From Octopus sinensis (Eukaryota): a stretch of DNA of 64,000 bases. Positions 40,319 to 53,034 of the stretch are shown here, one piece after another. The stretch spans positions 53,196,001 through 53,260,000 of the forward strand of contig NC_042999.1 of the NCBI RefSeq assembly GCF_006345805.1, in the 5' to 3' direction. The notes under the pieces are model-generated. The model saw only the letters and a program-made list of their open reading frames with translations, made no database searches and was not told where the DNA came from. The number at the start of each line of letters is the position of its first letter. Position 1 is the first letter of the stretch. A program made the translations under genes and the position numbers.

Positions 40319-40401
40319 ATAATACAGTTTAATTGGGTTTCCGTGCTACATCAAATTTCGCAGGGCCCCTAAACAACATATATACATACATATATATATA
40401 T

Positions 40402-40434
<33 letters not shown>

Positions 40435-41310
40435 TGTGTGTGTGGTATGTATGTATGTGTGTATGCATGTATATGTTTGCGTGACTGTGTTTTCCCCCAA
40501 CCATCGTTTGAAAACCCAAGTTGGTGTGTTTAAGTCCGTTTAAGTTGTATGTAAAGGAATCCCTTATAGAGTTACTGAGGTGATCCATTTTTGCAACCAT
40601 AGATTTTCCTACACCTTTTTGAAAGTATATAGAGATAAAAATATATGTAATAAAATTGTTTAGCGTTACGGGGAATTGAAACCGATGAGGTTAAATTTCT
40701 GTTAGCTACAGCCAGCTGAGTGTTTAGCAATTGTTTTTTTTTTTCCTGTAGGTAATTTGGACTAGTCCGCTAATGGGTTCTTCTTAAATTATATAAGCTT
40801 TTCATTAAGATGTATAAGCTTTTCATAAAAATGTTCGTCTGTGCATGTTTTTTGCTTATTCTGATATGGTGTGTGGGGTCATCGCCGTGATGCACTTTAG
40901 TGTAGAGATGAACTACGATGGTGAACTCCCGAAATGGCTATAGATATATGTGAATGTTAAATTTGACCGGAGATATCTGTTTATTGTGAACTTTGAACGT
41001 ACTTGTGTGAGAGGAGTAAAACACTGTTTTCAAGATGTACGTGAATTTAAGCTGTGGATGTCTGCTTACTTATGAACTCTGGACGTACCTGTTTGAGGCA
41101 AGTAAGTTTATTTTTTTAATAAGATAAAAAAAAAATTCAATCGTCAGATAAAATCTTTTTAGTCGGTGGACACTTATTTTATATTATCTTTATTTCATAT
41201 TTGTCCTTTAGGCTTTTGATAGTTTTGAATTTTTTGTCGTTATATGTAACTTTTGATAAGCCGTTCTATTTGTATTGTGTTAGTATATGTATGTATGTAT
41301 ATATATATGT

Positions 41311-41594
41311 GGAGGCGCAATGGCACGGTGGTTAGGGGCATCGGATTCGCGGTCGTAGGATCGCGGTTTCGATTCCTAGGCCGGGCGTTGTGAGTGTTTA
41401 TTGACCGAAACACCTTAAAGCTCCACGAGGCTCCGGCAGGGAGTGGTGATCGCTGCTGTACTCTTTCACCACTCTTTCGTCTGTTGGCCTGCTCGCTTAG
41501 CCAGTGGAGTGGCGTCATTCGAAGGCTAAAATAATGCGAACGCATTGTGACCAGCGATGTGTAACAACATCTGATGGTCTGGTCGGTCACGTGA
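41311..41594 (+). mobile_element. SINE family C, tail type 1
   Basis: ggaggcgcaatggcacggtggttaggg...ggtttcgattcc (Pol III A/B boxes); flanked by (TA)n. Confidence 0.9.
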
Positions 41595-41627
41595 TATATA
41601 TATATATATATATATATTTACAATCAG

Positions 41628-42030
41628 GGCGGCGAGCTGGCAGACACGTTAGCTCGCCGGTCGAAATGCTTAGCGGTATTTCGTCTGCCGTTACGTTGTG
41701 GGTTCAAATTCCGCCGAGATCGACTTTGCCTTTCATCCTTTCGGGGTCGATAAATTAAGTACCAGTTACGCACTGGGGTCGGGTCGATATAATCGACTTA
41801 ATACTTATGTCTGTCCCCTCTATGTTTAGCCCCTTGTGGGTAATAAAGAAATAGGTAGTTCGTCTGCCACTACGTTCTGAGTTCTAATTCCGCCGAGGTC
41901 GACTTTGCCTTTCATCCTTTCGATAAAGAAAGTACCAGTTTCGCACTGGGGTCGATATAATCGACTTCATGCATTTGTCTGTCCTTGTTTTTCCCCTCTA
42001 TGTTTAGCCCCTTGTGGGCAATAAAGAAAT
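41628..42030 (+). mobile_element. SINE family A, dimeric arrangement
   Basis: Full unit 41628-41855 followed by a headless unit starting tcgtctgcc. Confidence 0.9.
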
Positions 42031-42256
42031 ATATATATATATATATTTACATTCTGTGATCTTATGTATACATATTAAATTTTATGTGCTTGTAGACCCA
42101 AAATTAAAAGTTTGTTCTATATAACTAATTTTCGTCTCATTTACATTTGAGCACTTCCTTTGCAGTCCTATAAACCTTTTGCTTGTATAATAAGAGACAA
42201 ATATTATTCTAGTTGTGTGTGTGTATGTATACAGACATATATCTATATACATGTAT

Positions 42257-42473
42257 ACTCTTTTACTCTTTTACTTGTTTCAGTCATTTGACTGCGGCCA
42301 TGCTGGAGCACCGCCTTTAGTCGAGCAACTCGACCCCGGGACTTATTCTTTTTGTAAGCCCAGTACTTATTCTATCGGTCTCTTTTTGCCGAACCGCTAA
42401 ATGATGGCGACGTAAACCCACCAGCATCGGTTGTCAAGCAATGCTAGGGGAACAAACACAGACACACAAACAC

Positions 42474-42504
<31 letters not shown>

Positions 42505-42674
42505 CATACATACGACAGGCTTCTTTCAGTTTCTGTCTACCAAATCCACTCACAAGGCATTGGTCGGCCCGGGGCTATAGCAGAAGACACTTGCCCAAGA
42601 TGCCACGCAGTGGGACTGAACCCGGAACCATGTGGTTGGTTAGCAAGCTACTTACCACACAGCCACTCCTGCGC
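42257..42674 (-). mobile_element. SINE family B
   Basis: Near-identical to the 6852 and 63297 copies. Confidence 0.9.
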
Positions 42675-43549
42675 CATATATATTTGTATATTTATGCCAT
42701 TTACATGTGTAAATCTATATACATACATGTATTTATATATACACAGTTTTAACATATGTCTGTGTGTAAACGCATATATCTGGTGATGGAGGCCCGAGTT
42801 CTTCAGTATTGATATACTTCTATTACTGGTCGCATGTTCTGGTGAACTACACCTGCCAAGGCTGTTATGAAGTAACACTTAGTCTCCTGAAACTGTTATT
42901 GCACATGTAGTTACAAACCTTTTCTTTATTTTTCTGTCTTTGTATTGTGTAAATTTGCTCTGATGATAGATAAATATAAATTTATTTATACTTGAATATC
43001 CATCGTCTGAAAATTTCTAGCCATTAAGTTCTATTTATTTACAAGTTTATATGTTTAGATAATTTGTATATCAAACCAAAGCAGATTTATTTTTATCTTA
43101 TCATCGTCTCCATAGCTGATGCTCTGGATTCCTCTTATAGTCACGCTGTACCCCGTAGGCTTGGACCTTGGAGCGCTACTGTTTTATATATTGAAAAATC
43201 TTTGGATCTCATCTGTTGAATCTATACACGCACATAAGCATTCCTTCGTTTTGCCTGTGTGACATAGACAAGAACAAGCATGCACCCACGCACACACAAC
43301 TCTTTAGCTTTCTTCTACTCCTCCCATTTTAGCAGCTGTCACGGAGGTCACGAAGATATCCGAAGGGAATTGTCAAGTTGTCACGGAACCAACCGAGGTT
43401 TTGTTATGATTTCACCGAGTCAAAACGAAGGAATACCCGCCCGCACATGTATAATACATATATATACATATATTAAAAGAATATTTATATATAGATAAAT
43501 TTATATATACGTGTACAGGTGAGAAGACAAAGGAAACAATCAACATATA

Positions 43550-44096
43550 CAAGGTGTCCCAGAATTAATTATCTATTTCATTGAAATCAGGCAAATTTTT
43601 TTAAAAAGCTGACAATTTTGTTTTTTATTTTGTTAGCAATTCAAATAGATTTATAAATCTTACGTCAAGGCGATGTTCAAAATTTTCAACATGTGCTCCA
43701 TCTGTATCACTGCAAATTTCAAATCTATCCTTAGCGATGTGAGACACATTTGAAACATTTCAGCAGTTGTCTCCATCTTCCGCATTGATAACTGATGCAT
43801 TGTTGAAGTTCAACTAAACTATTGCTCCATCGAGGTTTGAGATAATAATTTCAGCCTAAGTGAAAAAAAAAAAAAGAAAAATATAAAAATTAAAAGCTGT
43901 CGTGCACAACGAATTGATATAAATCAAGAATGAAAAAATAAAATTACCAAAAACAAAAATATACAAATTATAAAATTATGATTAAATTCTAGAATTTATA
44001 AACTTTTAAAGCACTAAATAATAATATCTGAAAATCGAATTTTCAAGGAAATTGTGCGATTTCACAGAAATAGATATTTAATTCTGGGACACCCTG
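43550..44096 (-). mobile_element. Non-autonomous Tc1/mariner element
   Basis: TIRs caaggtgtcccagaattaa.tatctatttc / gaaatagatatttaattctgggacaccctg with TA on both sides; internal minus-strand DRFEICSDTDGAHVENFEHRL* resembles a transposase C-terminus. Confidence 0.85.
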
Positions 44097-44590
44097 TATA
44101 GTAAGTGTTACAAATATTATTATTTCAAGTAATTTGATCTGGCCCCATGTGAATTAAAGTTTCCTAGGTTTCTGACTGATTTCTTAACCAGCTTTTTAAC
44201 TGATGAACAAATTTTGTGAGCACAACGAGCTATGTTTCTGTAAACTTTACGTCGTTTGTCGCTGAATCTAATTGTTATTTATACACATATATACAATCAT
44301 TTGCTTTTATTTGTAGAGGCAAAACAAGAATATGGTTCGTGATAAATTTTAAGAGAGCAGATGCAAACAATTCTATATATAGGCATACACATGCATAAAT
44401 ATTTACATACACACACACATACAAAGGTTTCGAAGCTTGTGTGTGTATATTTATGTGTGTACTATTGCATATTTTACATATATACCAATTCATTTAACAC
44501 GTGCATACATATATTGTATATATATATATAATATTATATATATATAATACAAATAAGAAATGGGGAAACAAATTTATTTTGTTCAAATTT

Positions 44591-44634
<44 letters not shown>

Positions 44635-44884
44635 TATACCTATCTGTATGTATGTATGCATACATACGTACACACACGCACACATATACATCTAAATAGA
44701 GGTTAAATTGGCCTCATTAAGGGATAAAAATATGCAATGAATCACTGATTAATTTTTTTATTATGAATAGTAATATTCCTAAAATAATAGGCTGAGATAT
44801 AAATCTTGGCTTATAAATATTCAAACTAAAATTCAGGAAATGGAGATGTAACATTTTTATAATTTATTAACTGCAAAAATTCTG

Positions 44885-44966
44885 TTAGGTTCCTAGATAT
44901 TATGTTTCTAAGTAATCTCAACAGTCTGTTGAGATAATTTGGAAACACAAACATCTAATAACCTAA
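44885..44966. repeat. 82-bp imperfect hairpin
   Basis: ttaggtt..tagat..tgtttctaagtaatctcaacag / ctgttgagataatttggaaaca..atcta..aacctaa. Confidence 0.8.
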
Positions 44967-45232
44967 TTGACTAAAGTCGCTGATGACAGTTGTCGTCCCT
45001 TCTTATTGGTAGCACTATTATTATTTTTCACTTTAGATTCTTCTTTAGTGTGAGCTGCATCACTTATGTTGTTGTTTGTCTTTCTTTTCCAGTTCTCTTG
45101 TGACATCTTCTACCTCCCATTCTATCATTCACTTATCCCAATAGCATTAGCTTGATCAACTAATCTCTACTCAGTCACTTTAAACATTTACTTTTTTAAC
45201 TGAATACCGCCGATAGACATGTGTTGATGGTT

Positions 45233-45332
45233 NNNNNNNNNNNNNNNNNNNNNNNNNNNNNNNNNNNNNNNNNNNNNNNNNNNNNNNNNNNNNNNNNNNN
45301 NNNNNNNNNNNNNNNNNNNNNNNNNNNNNNNN
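45233..45332. other. Assembly gap (100 N)
   Basis: Run of exactly 100 N; contiguity across it is not guaranteed. Confidence 0.99.
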
Positions 45333-45599
45333 ACGTATTTCACAGCGAAGGAGAAAGCTTACAAAACTAAAGGAGTGATATACAGGCGCTCGACTCAGCA
45401 GTTAGCCCAACATAAATATTTTATTTTCCCTTTAGTTATGTTTTTTAGTAACATTGTAAGAAATATGGTTTTTGAATTTTGGATATTTTAAATATGATTA
45501 CTTTGCATATTCTGGCATCTTCAATTGCTCATCATATATTGGTAATGCCTTTGTTCCGAAATACAAAATGTCATCGCCCGCTCTGACAAAAGTACAAGT

Positions 45600-45985
45600 T
45601 ACCCATACATACAAGCAAAACATGCATGCATACATACATACACACATACATTCATACATAAATAGATGCACACGTATATACATACACGCATATATACATA
45701 CATGCATGCATGCAAAAATGCGTACATGCATACATGCGTACACATATACATGCATGCGTACATGCATACATGCGTGCGTGCATGCATGCATGCATGCACA
45801 CATACATACATACATGCATGCATGCATGCATACATACATACTTACTTAATTACTTGCATACATGCATGCATGCATGCATACATACATGCATGCATGCATG
45901 CATACATACATACATGCAAGCATACATGCTAGATGCATCTATATATCCATGCATCTATGCAACCATACATGAATACATACATACT
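45600..45985. repeat. Compound (CATA)n/(CATG)n microsatellite
   Basis: Alternating catacata and catgcatg blocks; a similar tract lies at 62825-62985. Confidence 0.9.
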
Positions 45986-46004
45986 GAAAAATATGTAGTT
46001 ACTC

Positions 46005-47455
46005 TATCTGGCTTACAATTTAAGGTTTATACTTGTAAATATAGGGGCCCTGGGATATGTAACACACTGCCTAAATAACAATCTTGAGAAATTAAGCTTC
46101 TCAAAACCAGGAAGGAGAAAGCTAATTCCAGTCCATCATTGGAACAGTAAAAATCTGGAAAACGTTCCAGAAGTTTATCATTTAAATATATATGGGTATG
46201 ACTAATTATGAAACTATATACATGAGAATACATACATACAATCATACATACATACATACATACACACATACATATACACATACATACACACACATACATA
46301 TACACATACATAGATATAAACAAAGATACCCTGTTGCTGATTTTGAAATTTCAATGTAGGAGCCTTGGATCTAGGTTAGTTTACGGTTCTTCTTCTATTG
46401 GCAAGTAATCTTGAAATAAACCGAATAATGACATACATAAATACAGACAGACAGACAGTCATAAAAACATAAATACATACAGACATACAGACATAAAAAA
46501 AAACAAATATATACATACATACTGTCATACGGGGTAGAGAAGTAAAACTGTGTAGATGTGCAAACATATGGGTCAGAAGACGTACATAAAACAAAACATA
46601 CATATCCGCACATATGCATACAATAATACCCTGTTGTTGATGTTGAAATTCCGGTGAAGGAGACTTGTGTCTAGTTTAGAAACCGGTTCCGCCTCTATTG
46701 GCAATAAATCTTGAAATAAAATTGATTAATGACATACATTACATACATGCATACATAAGGTAGTTCCTTGAGCAGCACTCTTTGTGTCATTACCTTGAAT
46801 ACATGCCCAAAGAAATCTCACGACTCTACCGCAATGAGTCACCAGATGAAAGAATGTGCATATATGAGCAGAAGACTATGCATGGATATATTAGAAGAAA
46901 GCTCTGTATTGGTAGCAACCTTGATCATCAAAGCATCGATCATCAGGGACCAATAGCAAGATTACTATCTCCCATTTTAAAGGATATGCGTCTGCAATCC
47001 AGGAACAGGAAATATCAACCAATACCTGATAAAGAAAAGGGATAGAGATGCATGAAAAGCCGTAAAATGTGACAATCGATGCAGACTCCGTGGAAACAAC
47101 ACCGAAGGTATTACTCACACATTAAGCAGTTGTCCGAAAATGTCATCACGATGAGACAAGATGTTGTAGCCAGGACACTCTATAATGAAATCTGTCGGAA
47201 AGATAACCCGGAGGACAAAGAAATAAAAACCCATAGTATTGTACAAGCCATAGCCATTCATAATAAAAAGGAATACTGGTGCAATATCCCAGTGAAGGCC
47301 TCAATAAAATGTAGGTACCAAAGACTTGATATAATGAGTTTGGATAGTGAAGAGAGACATGCAATTGTTGGGGCCCTGGAATATGTAACATACTGCCTAA
47401 ATATCAATCTTGAATAATTAAGTTTCTCAAAACCAGAAAGGAGAAAGCAAATTCC
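46005..47455 (+). mobile_element. Cluster of R4/Dong-like 3' fragments
   Basis: IGALGYVTHCLNNNLEKLSFSKP (46040 onward); 3' UTR module at 46326-46436 and again at 46626-46737; further ORF remnant RQDVVARTLYNEI..KEYWCNIPVK..GALEYVT (47079-47417). Confidence 0.8.
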
Positions 47456-47559
47456 ACATCTAAAGATGCAAATTTCTTAATTTGCATATGATCAAAATAG
47501 ATGCCTTGAAAAAGGAACTAGACATCCTCCTCTCCACGATACTGAATGAACCAACGGCA

Positions 47560-47790
47560 GCATGGTGTGACAACTTCGCAGATATACGTAGCGACTCCTC
47601 CATGGTTTCTCTCTCTTCTTTCTGTACGAAATACAGCATACTCTTGTATGTGTACTTCCGCCTCTGGTATATTAGAGGTTAGATGCGTCTCAGTGAGTGC
47701 CACGTATATTGTTTGATTGCATGAAGCAAGCACTTTTAGGTAGTGAATTTTACCTCTGTTGCTGAGTTTTAGCAGGTTTCTGACACCCTT
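47560..47790 (-). mobile_element. APE endonuclease N-terminal fragment (CR1-group LINE)
   Basis: YVALTETHLTSNIPEAEVHIQEYAVFRTERRERNHGGVATYI has the TET(H/W) and R.DR...GGV APE motifs. Confidence 0.75.
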
Positions 47791-47829
47791 TCACAAGCTT
47801 AATATGGTTGGTCCCACAACACGCTACGA

Positions 47830-48458
47830 CGAATAGTTACACGCAATCGCTGTCCAGGAGGTCATCAAGGAAGTGGGTGACACGGCATGACTTCAGTCAG
47901 ATCTACTGGCTGTCATGCAATGGGCGGAAAAAAAGGTGCTGCTGAACGAGGACAAATTTGAGTTAATCTACTTCGGAAAAAAAGATACCCTGAAACTCCC
48001 ATGCTCGCTTCCATCAGGAGAATCTCCCATGGCATCCAACAACGTCAGAGACTTGGGAGTAATTGTGGACACCAGCATAAGCTGGGCCGCTCCTATAAAC
48101 AGCAAAGTTGACATGGACCGCAAAATGTGTTCCTGGATTCTCAGAACCTTCCAGTCGGGAGATATCCACACTATTATCCTTCCCTTCTCTACTTTTGCCT
48201 GACTCCACCTTGAATACTTTTGGCCACTGTGTTCTCTTTAACATTACACCGAAACACATTAAAGCAGAGACAGACCCCATAAAGTTCAAGAAATCTTTGA
48301 ACAAGATCTCTCAAAAAATACCAGATATACTTCCTACACCCAGACATGTCTCGGTAAACAATAACTCTCTAGTCGAGTGGGCTACGTTGTCTGATTCATG
48401 ATTTGAATGACTTCCAGGCGGTGCTATTAAGTTAGACATGGCCGAAACCTATCAAAGT
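47830..48458 (+). mobile_element. CR1-group LINE 3' end, internally deleted
   Basis: QWAEKKVLLNEDKFELI..VRDLGVIVD..CSWILRTFQS; lacks ~300 bp present in the 21025 copy; same tail ggccgaaacctatcaaagta. Confidence 0.85.
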
Positions 48459-48461
48459 ATG

Positions 48462-48499
<38 letters not shown>

Positions 48500-48507
<8 letters not shown>

Positions 48508-48694
48508 AATATGTTACATTACTCGATAGTCAAGATAAAACTCTGAGTTTCAGATGCCGAAGTGGAAATCCACAACACCATCTCTTCAGTTATATAGCCA
48601 GATAACCTAAGAGATGGTGTTGTGGATTTCCACTTCGGCATCTGAAACTCAGAGTTTTATCTTGACTAGCGAGTAATGTAACATATTATTGTAT
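48500..48694. repeat. Near-perfect ~93-bp-arm hairpin made of two opposed HHR copies
   Basis: 48500-48592 is the reverse complement of 48602-48694 with few mismatches and a ~9-nt spacer. Confidence 0.95.
48535..48593 (-). ncRNA. Type I hammerhead with consensus core
   Basis: ataa-CTGAAGA-gatg(...gtgga/tt/tccac...)catc-t-GAAA-ctc/a/gag-TT-ttat; the plus-arm copy has core CCTAAGA. Confidence 0.7.
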
Positions 48695-48760
48695 AGATAA
48701 ATTTCCTCTATTTACATAATATTGAGGTCTCTTTCTTTCTTTTGCTATCTTACCGTTTTA

Positions 48761-48806
<46 letters not shown>

Positions 48807-48814
<8 letters not shown>

Positions 48815-49043
48815 TAATAATAAGGGTTTTTTGCAACAAGTTGCTTAAACCACACACCGAAAATATTAGAAATAGTAGCCAAAGGACTACTATTTCTTTT
48901 TATTACAAAAATAAGTCTCCACAGACAACAATATTATGAATATAATGAAATAGAAGTCCTTTGGCTACTATTTCTAATATTTAATATTTTCGGTATGTGG
49001 TTTAAGCAACTTGCTGCAAAAAACCCTTATTATTATAATTATA
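48807..49043. repeat. Inverted repeat, ~90-bp arms, 50-bp spacer
   Basis: tataattataataataagggttttttgcaacaagttgcttaaaccac...tagtagccaaaggact vs agtcctttggctacta...gtggtttaagcaacttgctgcaaaaaacccttattattataattata. Confidence 0.92.
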
Positions 49044-49224
49044 TAAATTTTTACCGAATATGGTCCTTTTCCATACCGAAATGCTACTGGCTGAAATTTG
49101 TTGATTTTATTAAATTAATTATATTTCACCCTATATCTGTAATATATATATACACGCAAGTTTGCCATTTCTCCATGCTGCACCGCTGAAATCTATAAGT
49201 GTTTTTCCATTCTCGCTCTGTTCA

Positions 49225-49365
49225 TTTCCTCTTATTCTTCTCTGTTGAAGGGCGCAGGCTCCAAGTATAAGAGGCTTTTTTCATTTTTCGCGACCGTCAA
49301 GCTAATACACTTGCTTGTCGTTCATACTCTTGTCTTCATCTTTTGTTTTTCTATTAATTTCAGCT
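49225..49365 (+). mobile_element. Decayed solo PLE pLTR related to the 17473 family
   Basis: CTGTTGAagggcgcaggctc...ctaatacac...tgtcttcatcttttgttttt, then (TA)n. Confidence 0.55.
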
Positions 49366-50137
49366 ATATATATTTACATACATACACACACAGACGCACA
49401 CATGTTATTTATGTTTATAGATATACGTATTGCATCTGTAACTAGATTATGATAGGATAAAAAAGCTATAATCCAAGAAAGAAATAAGAGCTAATGGAAT
49501 AGCTATTTGGTATCTCTTTGGAGCCCCCCCCCTCCTTGTAAAAATTCTGTGTAGAATTTTAGCTATATTGAGGTCATTGCGAACCAGGTAGGCAACAATA
49601 AATGATGGCTGTGTGAGTAACCAGAAGAATAATAGTCATGAATTTTATAAGGAAACATTTTATAGTAACCCGTAACATTTAGAAAATCGGCTCAAAAACA
49701 GAGTGTGTTAGAAAATCCAGTTTCTTTCTAATCCGTTTTGTCCAGAAATAGAAATGATTATGCAAGTTGCTTTAACCCTGCTTTGAGCCAGGTTGATATA
49801 AATAGGATTTTAAGAAACTTTTCACTGCAGACTATTTACTCGAAATAACGCCATTTATCGGAAATAATGTAAATGTCAATTACAGATGAGAATATTCACG
49901 TGGGAGTTAAATTAAAAAATATAACACTAGTGTAGCCGGAAAAACCATTTTGTTTGGAGTCATTCTCAAATCTCAGAACCATTATCTGTCTGATGCTGTT
50001 TTTTAAATGCTGTAAAACTTAGCGTTCCATAGAAATATCGCTTATACATGAATTTTTGTCTATTTCTAAGAAATGCTTGTCTTCCAGTTCCTTCACCTTC
50101 TCACTAAAATATTTATTTTTCTTTGACATCACACATA

Positions 50138-50472
50138 CTGGGTCATCCCATAAATAATGCGCTTTTTTCAATTGCGTTAACTAATAGTCGGAGGAGGACG
50201 GGATAAACTAACTACATCGACTTATTCTTCAAAATCATTTGGACGGAAAAAATATATCAGTTTTACAGACGTGGTCAGAAAAGTACTGCAAGAGCATTTT
50301 TCGTCACAGACAAGTGAAGTTCCAAAGTTTGAAACTTGAATTATGCCAGATAAATGGAAGAGAATTGTAGATAATTAAGGAGATTATATATTATAGATTA
50401 AAAAATAACTTTATCTTAATTTTGAAAAATAAAGGAAGTATAAAAAGCCGCATTAATTATGGGATGACCTAA
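50138..50472 (+). mobile_element. Non-autonomous mariner element
   Basis: TIRs ctgggtcatcccataaataatgcg / cgcattaattatgggatgacctaa; internal LQNHLDGKKY and PDKWKRIVDN*GDYI match the mariner transposase C-terminus. Confidence 0.85.
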
Positions 50473-52193
50473 ATCAGACGATGTTGCTGTTACCTTGAAC
50501 TAAACAGAAACATATTTGTCTTTTAGAGAGGTTTTCTTTCGGTCAGTTTCACTAACATATTTATGTCGCCTTATATATAAAGTTACCGTTCTCCATCACT
50601 TTACAAGAAAAGAAAAGAGCAGGTCCAGACTCTGTAGAATTTTAAATGCAAAATAATATTTCTTTTAAATATTTTATACACTGTCCCTAGAGCAAATCAG
50701 AATTGCTTACCATACAAATGTTTTCCCCCACACACCCTGTCAATAGCCATCCCCACAACCATTGTTTCAATATCAACTCGTCGTCTATCTCCTCTCTTTC
50801 AATTTCTCACTGTCACTAGCATTTTTTAGGATTCTTCAATTTCTATACCATCTCTGTCATTCTATCTTTTGCCATTTTTTTTTGGCAACATAATGATCGT
50901 TTTTTTTTTCTGTTTGACAGTTTTGTTTATCTTTTTCTATTCTATTTTGTCTTACACTCCTTTTGCCATTTTTCTGATAATTTTATGAAGAACGAGAAAT
51001 CTATTCTTATAAAAGGAATAATTCTTTGTCAAAGCAAATGTGAGACGTCTGGAACCTTGGTAACACTGAAAAAAAAATTATATCTCAAAGAGTTTATCAA
51101 TCTGTTTGTGACAAATGCACTGTCGACACTTAAACGAAGGGCACAATATCTTACGCTTAAAGCTAAAATGGTGGATCCTCCTTTTCTAACCACAATGTTA
51201 TTGAATTTAAGCACATAGTGTTTACATCAGTCTGTTACAAACTCTTGTGGCTAAATCGGAAAATAATTTCTTTTAAGATCGTATCCTATTGAAGCCAAAT
51301 AGTAGAAAAGAAAAACTGAATTTATCTAGCGTAAATAGCTGCCGAAATATCTATGCGAAGTGGGTTAATATAGTTTAGCTCTAAGAATGATCGGTTGTCA
51401 GAGTATCTTTAAAGACATTGAAAGAGTGGAAACGTTCATTGATACATCCCGACGAGAGATTGTTACTAATTCATCTTTCTGTCCCTGTAAACATTGTATT
51501 AAAAGAAGTGCTATAAACATAGATTATTAAATATACAATTTGGCTAATTTCTGTAATTAACCATTTATTTATTCTATAGGTCTGTTTGCAATTATTTCAT
51601 CAGTGCCATTTACATGAAGCGATAGAAATTAGTCTAACCAGCTTAAATCTTACCTCGCTCTCTTGGAGTGAAAATCTCCCTTTTAGGAGACTCTTTGCGT
51701 ATAATTCAAAGATATTTCTATTGATTTTACAGCCAATGGGTGCGGACAACATAAGATGAGAACTTCCAGTCTAGTTTCTTTCCATTGGGATAGCTCTGAT
51801 GATACGATGCAAAAATTTCGAGTCGTTAAATAAAACATTACAAATTCGTAATATAACAACGAAATGACGCCATATAAACGTATATCTTAAAATCAATACA
51901 TGTGTTTAAATGGACTTAGTAGAGTTAAGCACTTCGAAAGTGAAATACACCACGGCTAGACAATATGACACAAACCAACAGAAAACGATAAAAACAATGA
52001 ACTCAGTTAAGGAAGGAGGCAGCAATGAAAGGAAGTTCACTGGTGTTTGATATTCTGGACATTTAAGAGTATCCAAAGTTAAATGAAATTTTAAGTGAAG
52101 CGGAATATAATAATAAAACGGACAAATGGATTTTATGACATAGGTACAAATCTTTCGTTAAGAAATATCATTGTGACGCAGCATCATAAAAAT

Positions 52194-52571
52194 CATAGCT
52201 CTACATCGGTCACGATGACGAGGGTTCCAATTGATCCGATCAACGGAATAGACTGCCCGTGAAATTAACGTGCAATTGGCTGAACACTCCAAAGACACGT
52301 GTACCATTAACATAGTTCTCGGGAAGATTCAGCGTGACACAGAGTGTGACAAGCTGGCTCTTTGAAATACAGGTACAACAGAAACAGGAAGAAAGACTGA
52401 ATGAAAGCTGTGGTGAAAGATTACAGCAAGGTTCGTCAACACCCTTTGCCGAATCCTCGTAGATCTTTAAATGTTTTCGCTTAATAAACACTCACAACGT
52501 CCGGTCTCGGAATCGAAGCCGCGATCCTACGACCGCAAATCCGCTGCTCTAACCACCGGGCCATTGCGCAT
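52194..52571 (-). mobile_element. SINE family C, tail type 2, with 15-bp TSD
   Basis: Head as in 41311; TSD cagcatcataaaaat at 52179-52193 and 52572-52586. Confidence 0.9.
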
Positions 52572-53034
52572 CAGCATCATAAAAATAATCATGTATAGAC
52601 ATGCAATATTCATAAGATTATGCAACAGAATACATTGAATCGCCCAAATCTCCAGGTAATACCATAATTAAAACAGGTAAATAGTGACATGCTACTGTAT
52701 TGAAGCACATGGGAGGATACGAAAAGGAAACGAAGAATATACCTATTCAAATATGGAGTTGGACTAGTATAGAATGTGCCAAGCCGAAGTGGAGGTAGTT
52801 TAATTTAGCGAATTGACCGTAGAGAATGGGTGAACCCGGCTGTTGAAATACAATCATTAGTGGTAACTGGATTTAATGATTGTTTCGAACAGAGAGTCAA
52901 ATGACTTCGGTAACCTCCAAAGAGTCATTAACTTCAAAACCCCACATAGACGCAGATATGAGCGTCGGGACTTTACATACATATACATACATAATAAATA
53001 CATTCATACTTATATACATGCATGCATTCAGAGA

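Noticed and set aside
40860-41110. Possible PLE RT scrap (KFNIHIY..FG on the minus strand); similar weak scraps at 42770-42900 and 61000-61260
   Set aside because: Too degenerate to support without a profile search
41311-41385. tRNA-like sequences here and at other SINE heads
   Set aside because: They continue directly into SINE bodies and do not form complete cloverleaves
50985-51218. 77-aa ORF, and a similar 80-aa ORF at 2732-2974, as possible host exons
   Set aside because: No recognisable domain or convincing splice context; at most faint hAT-like resemblance
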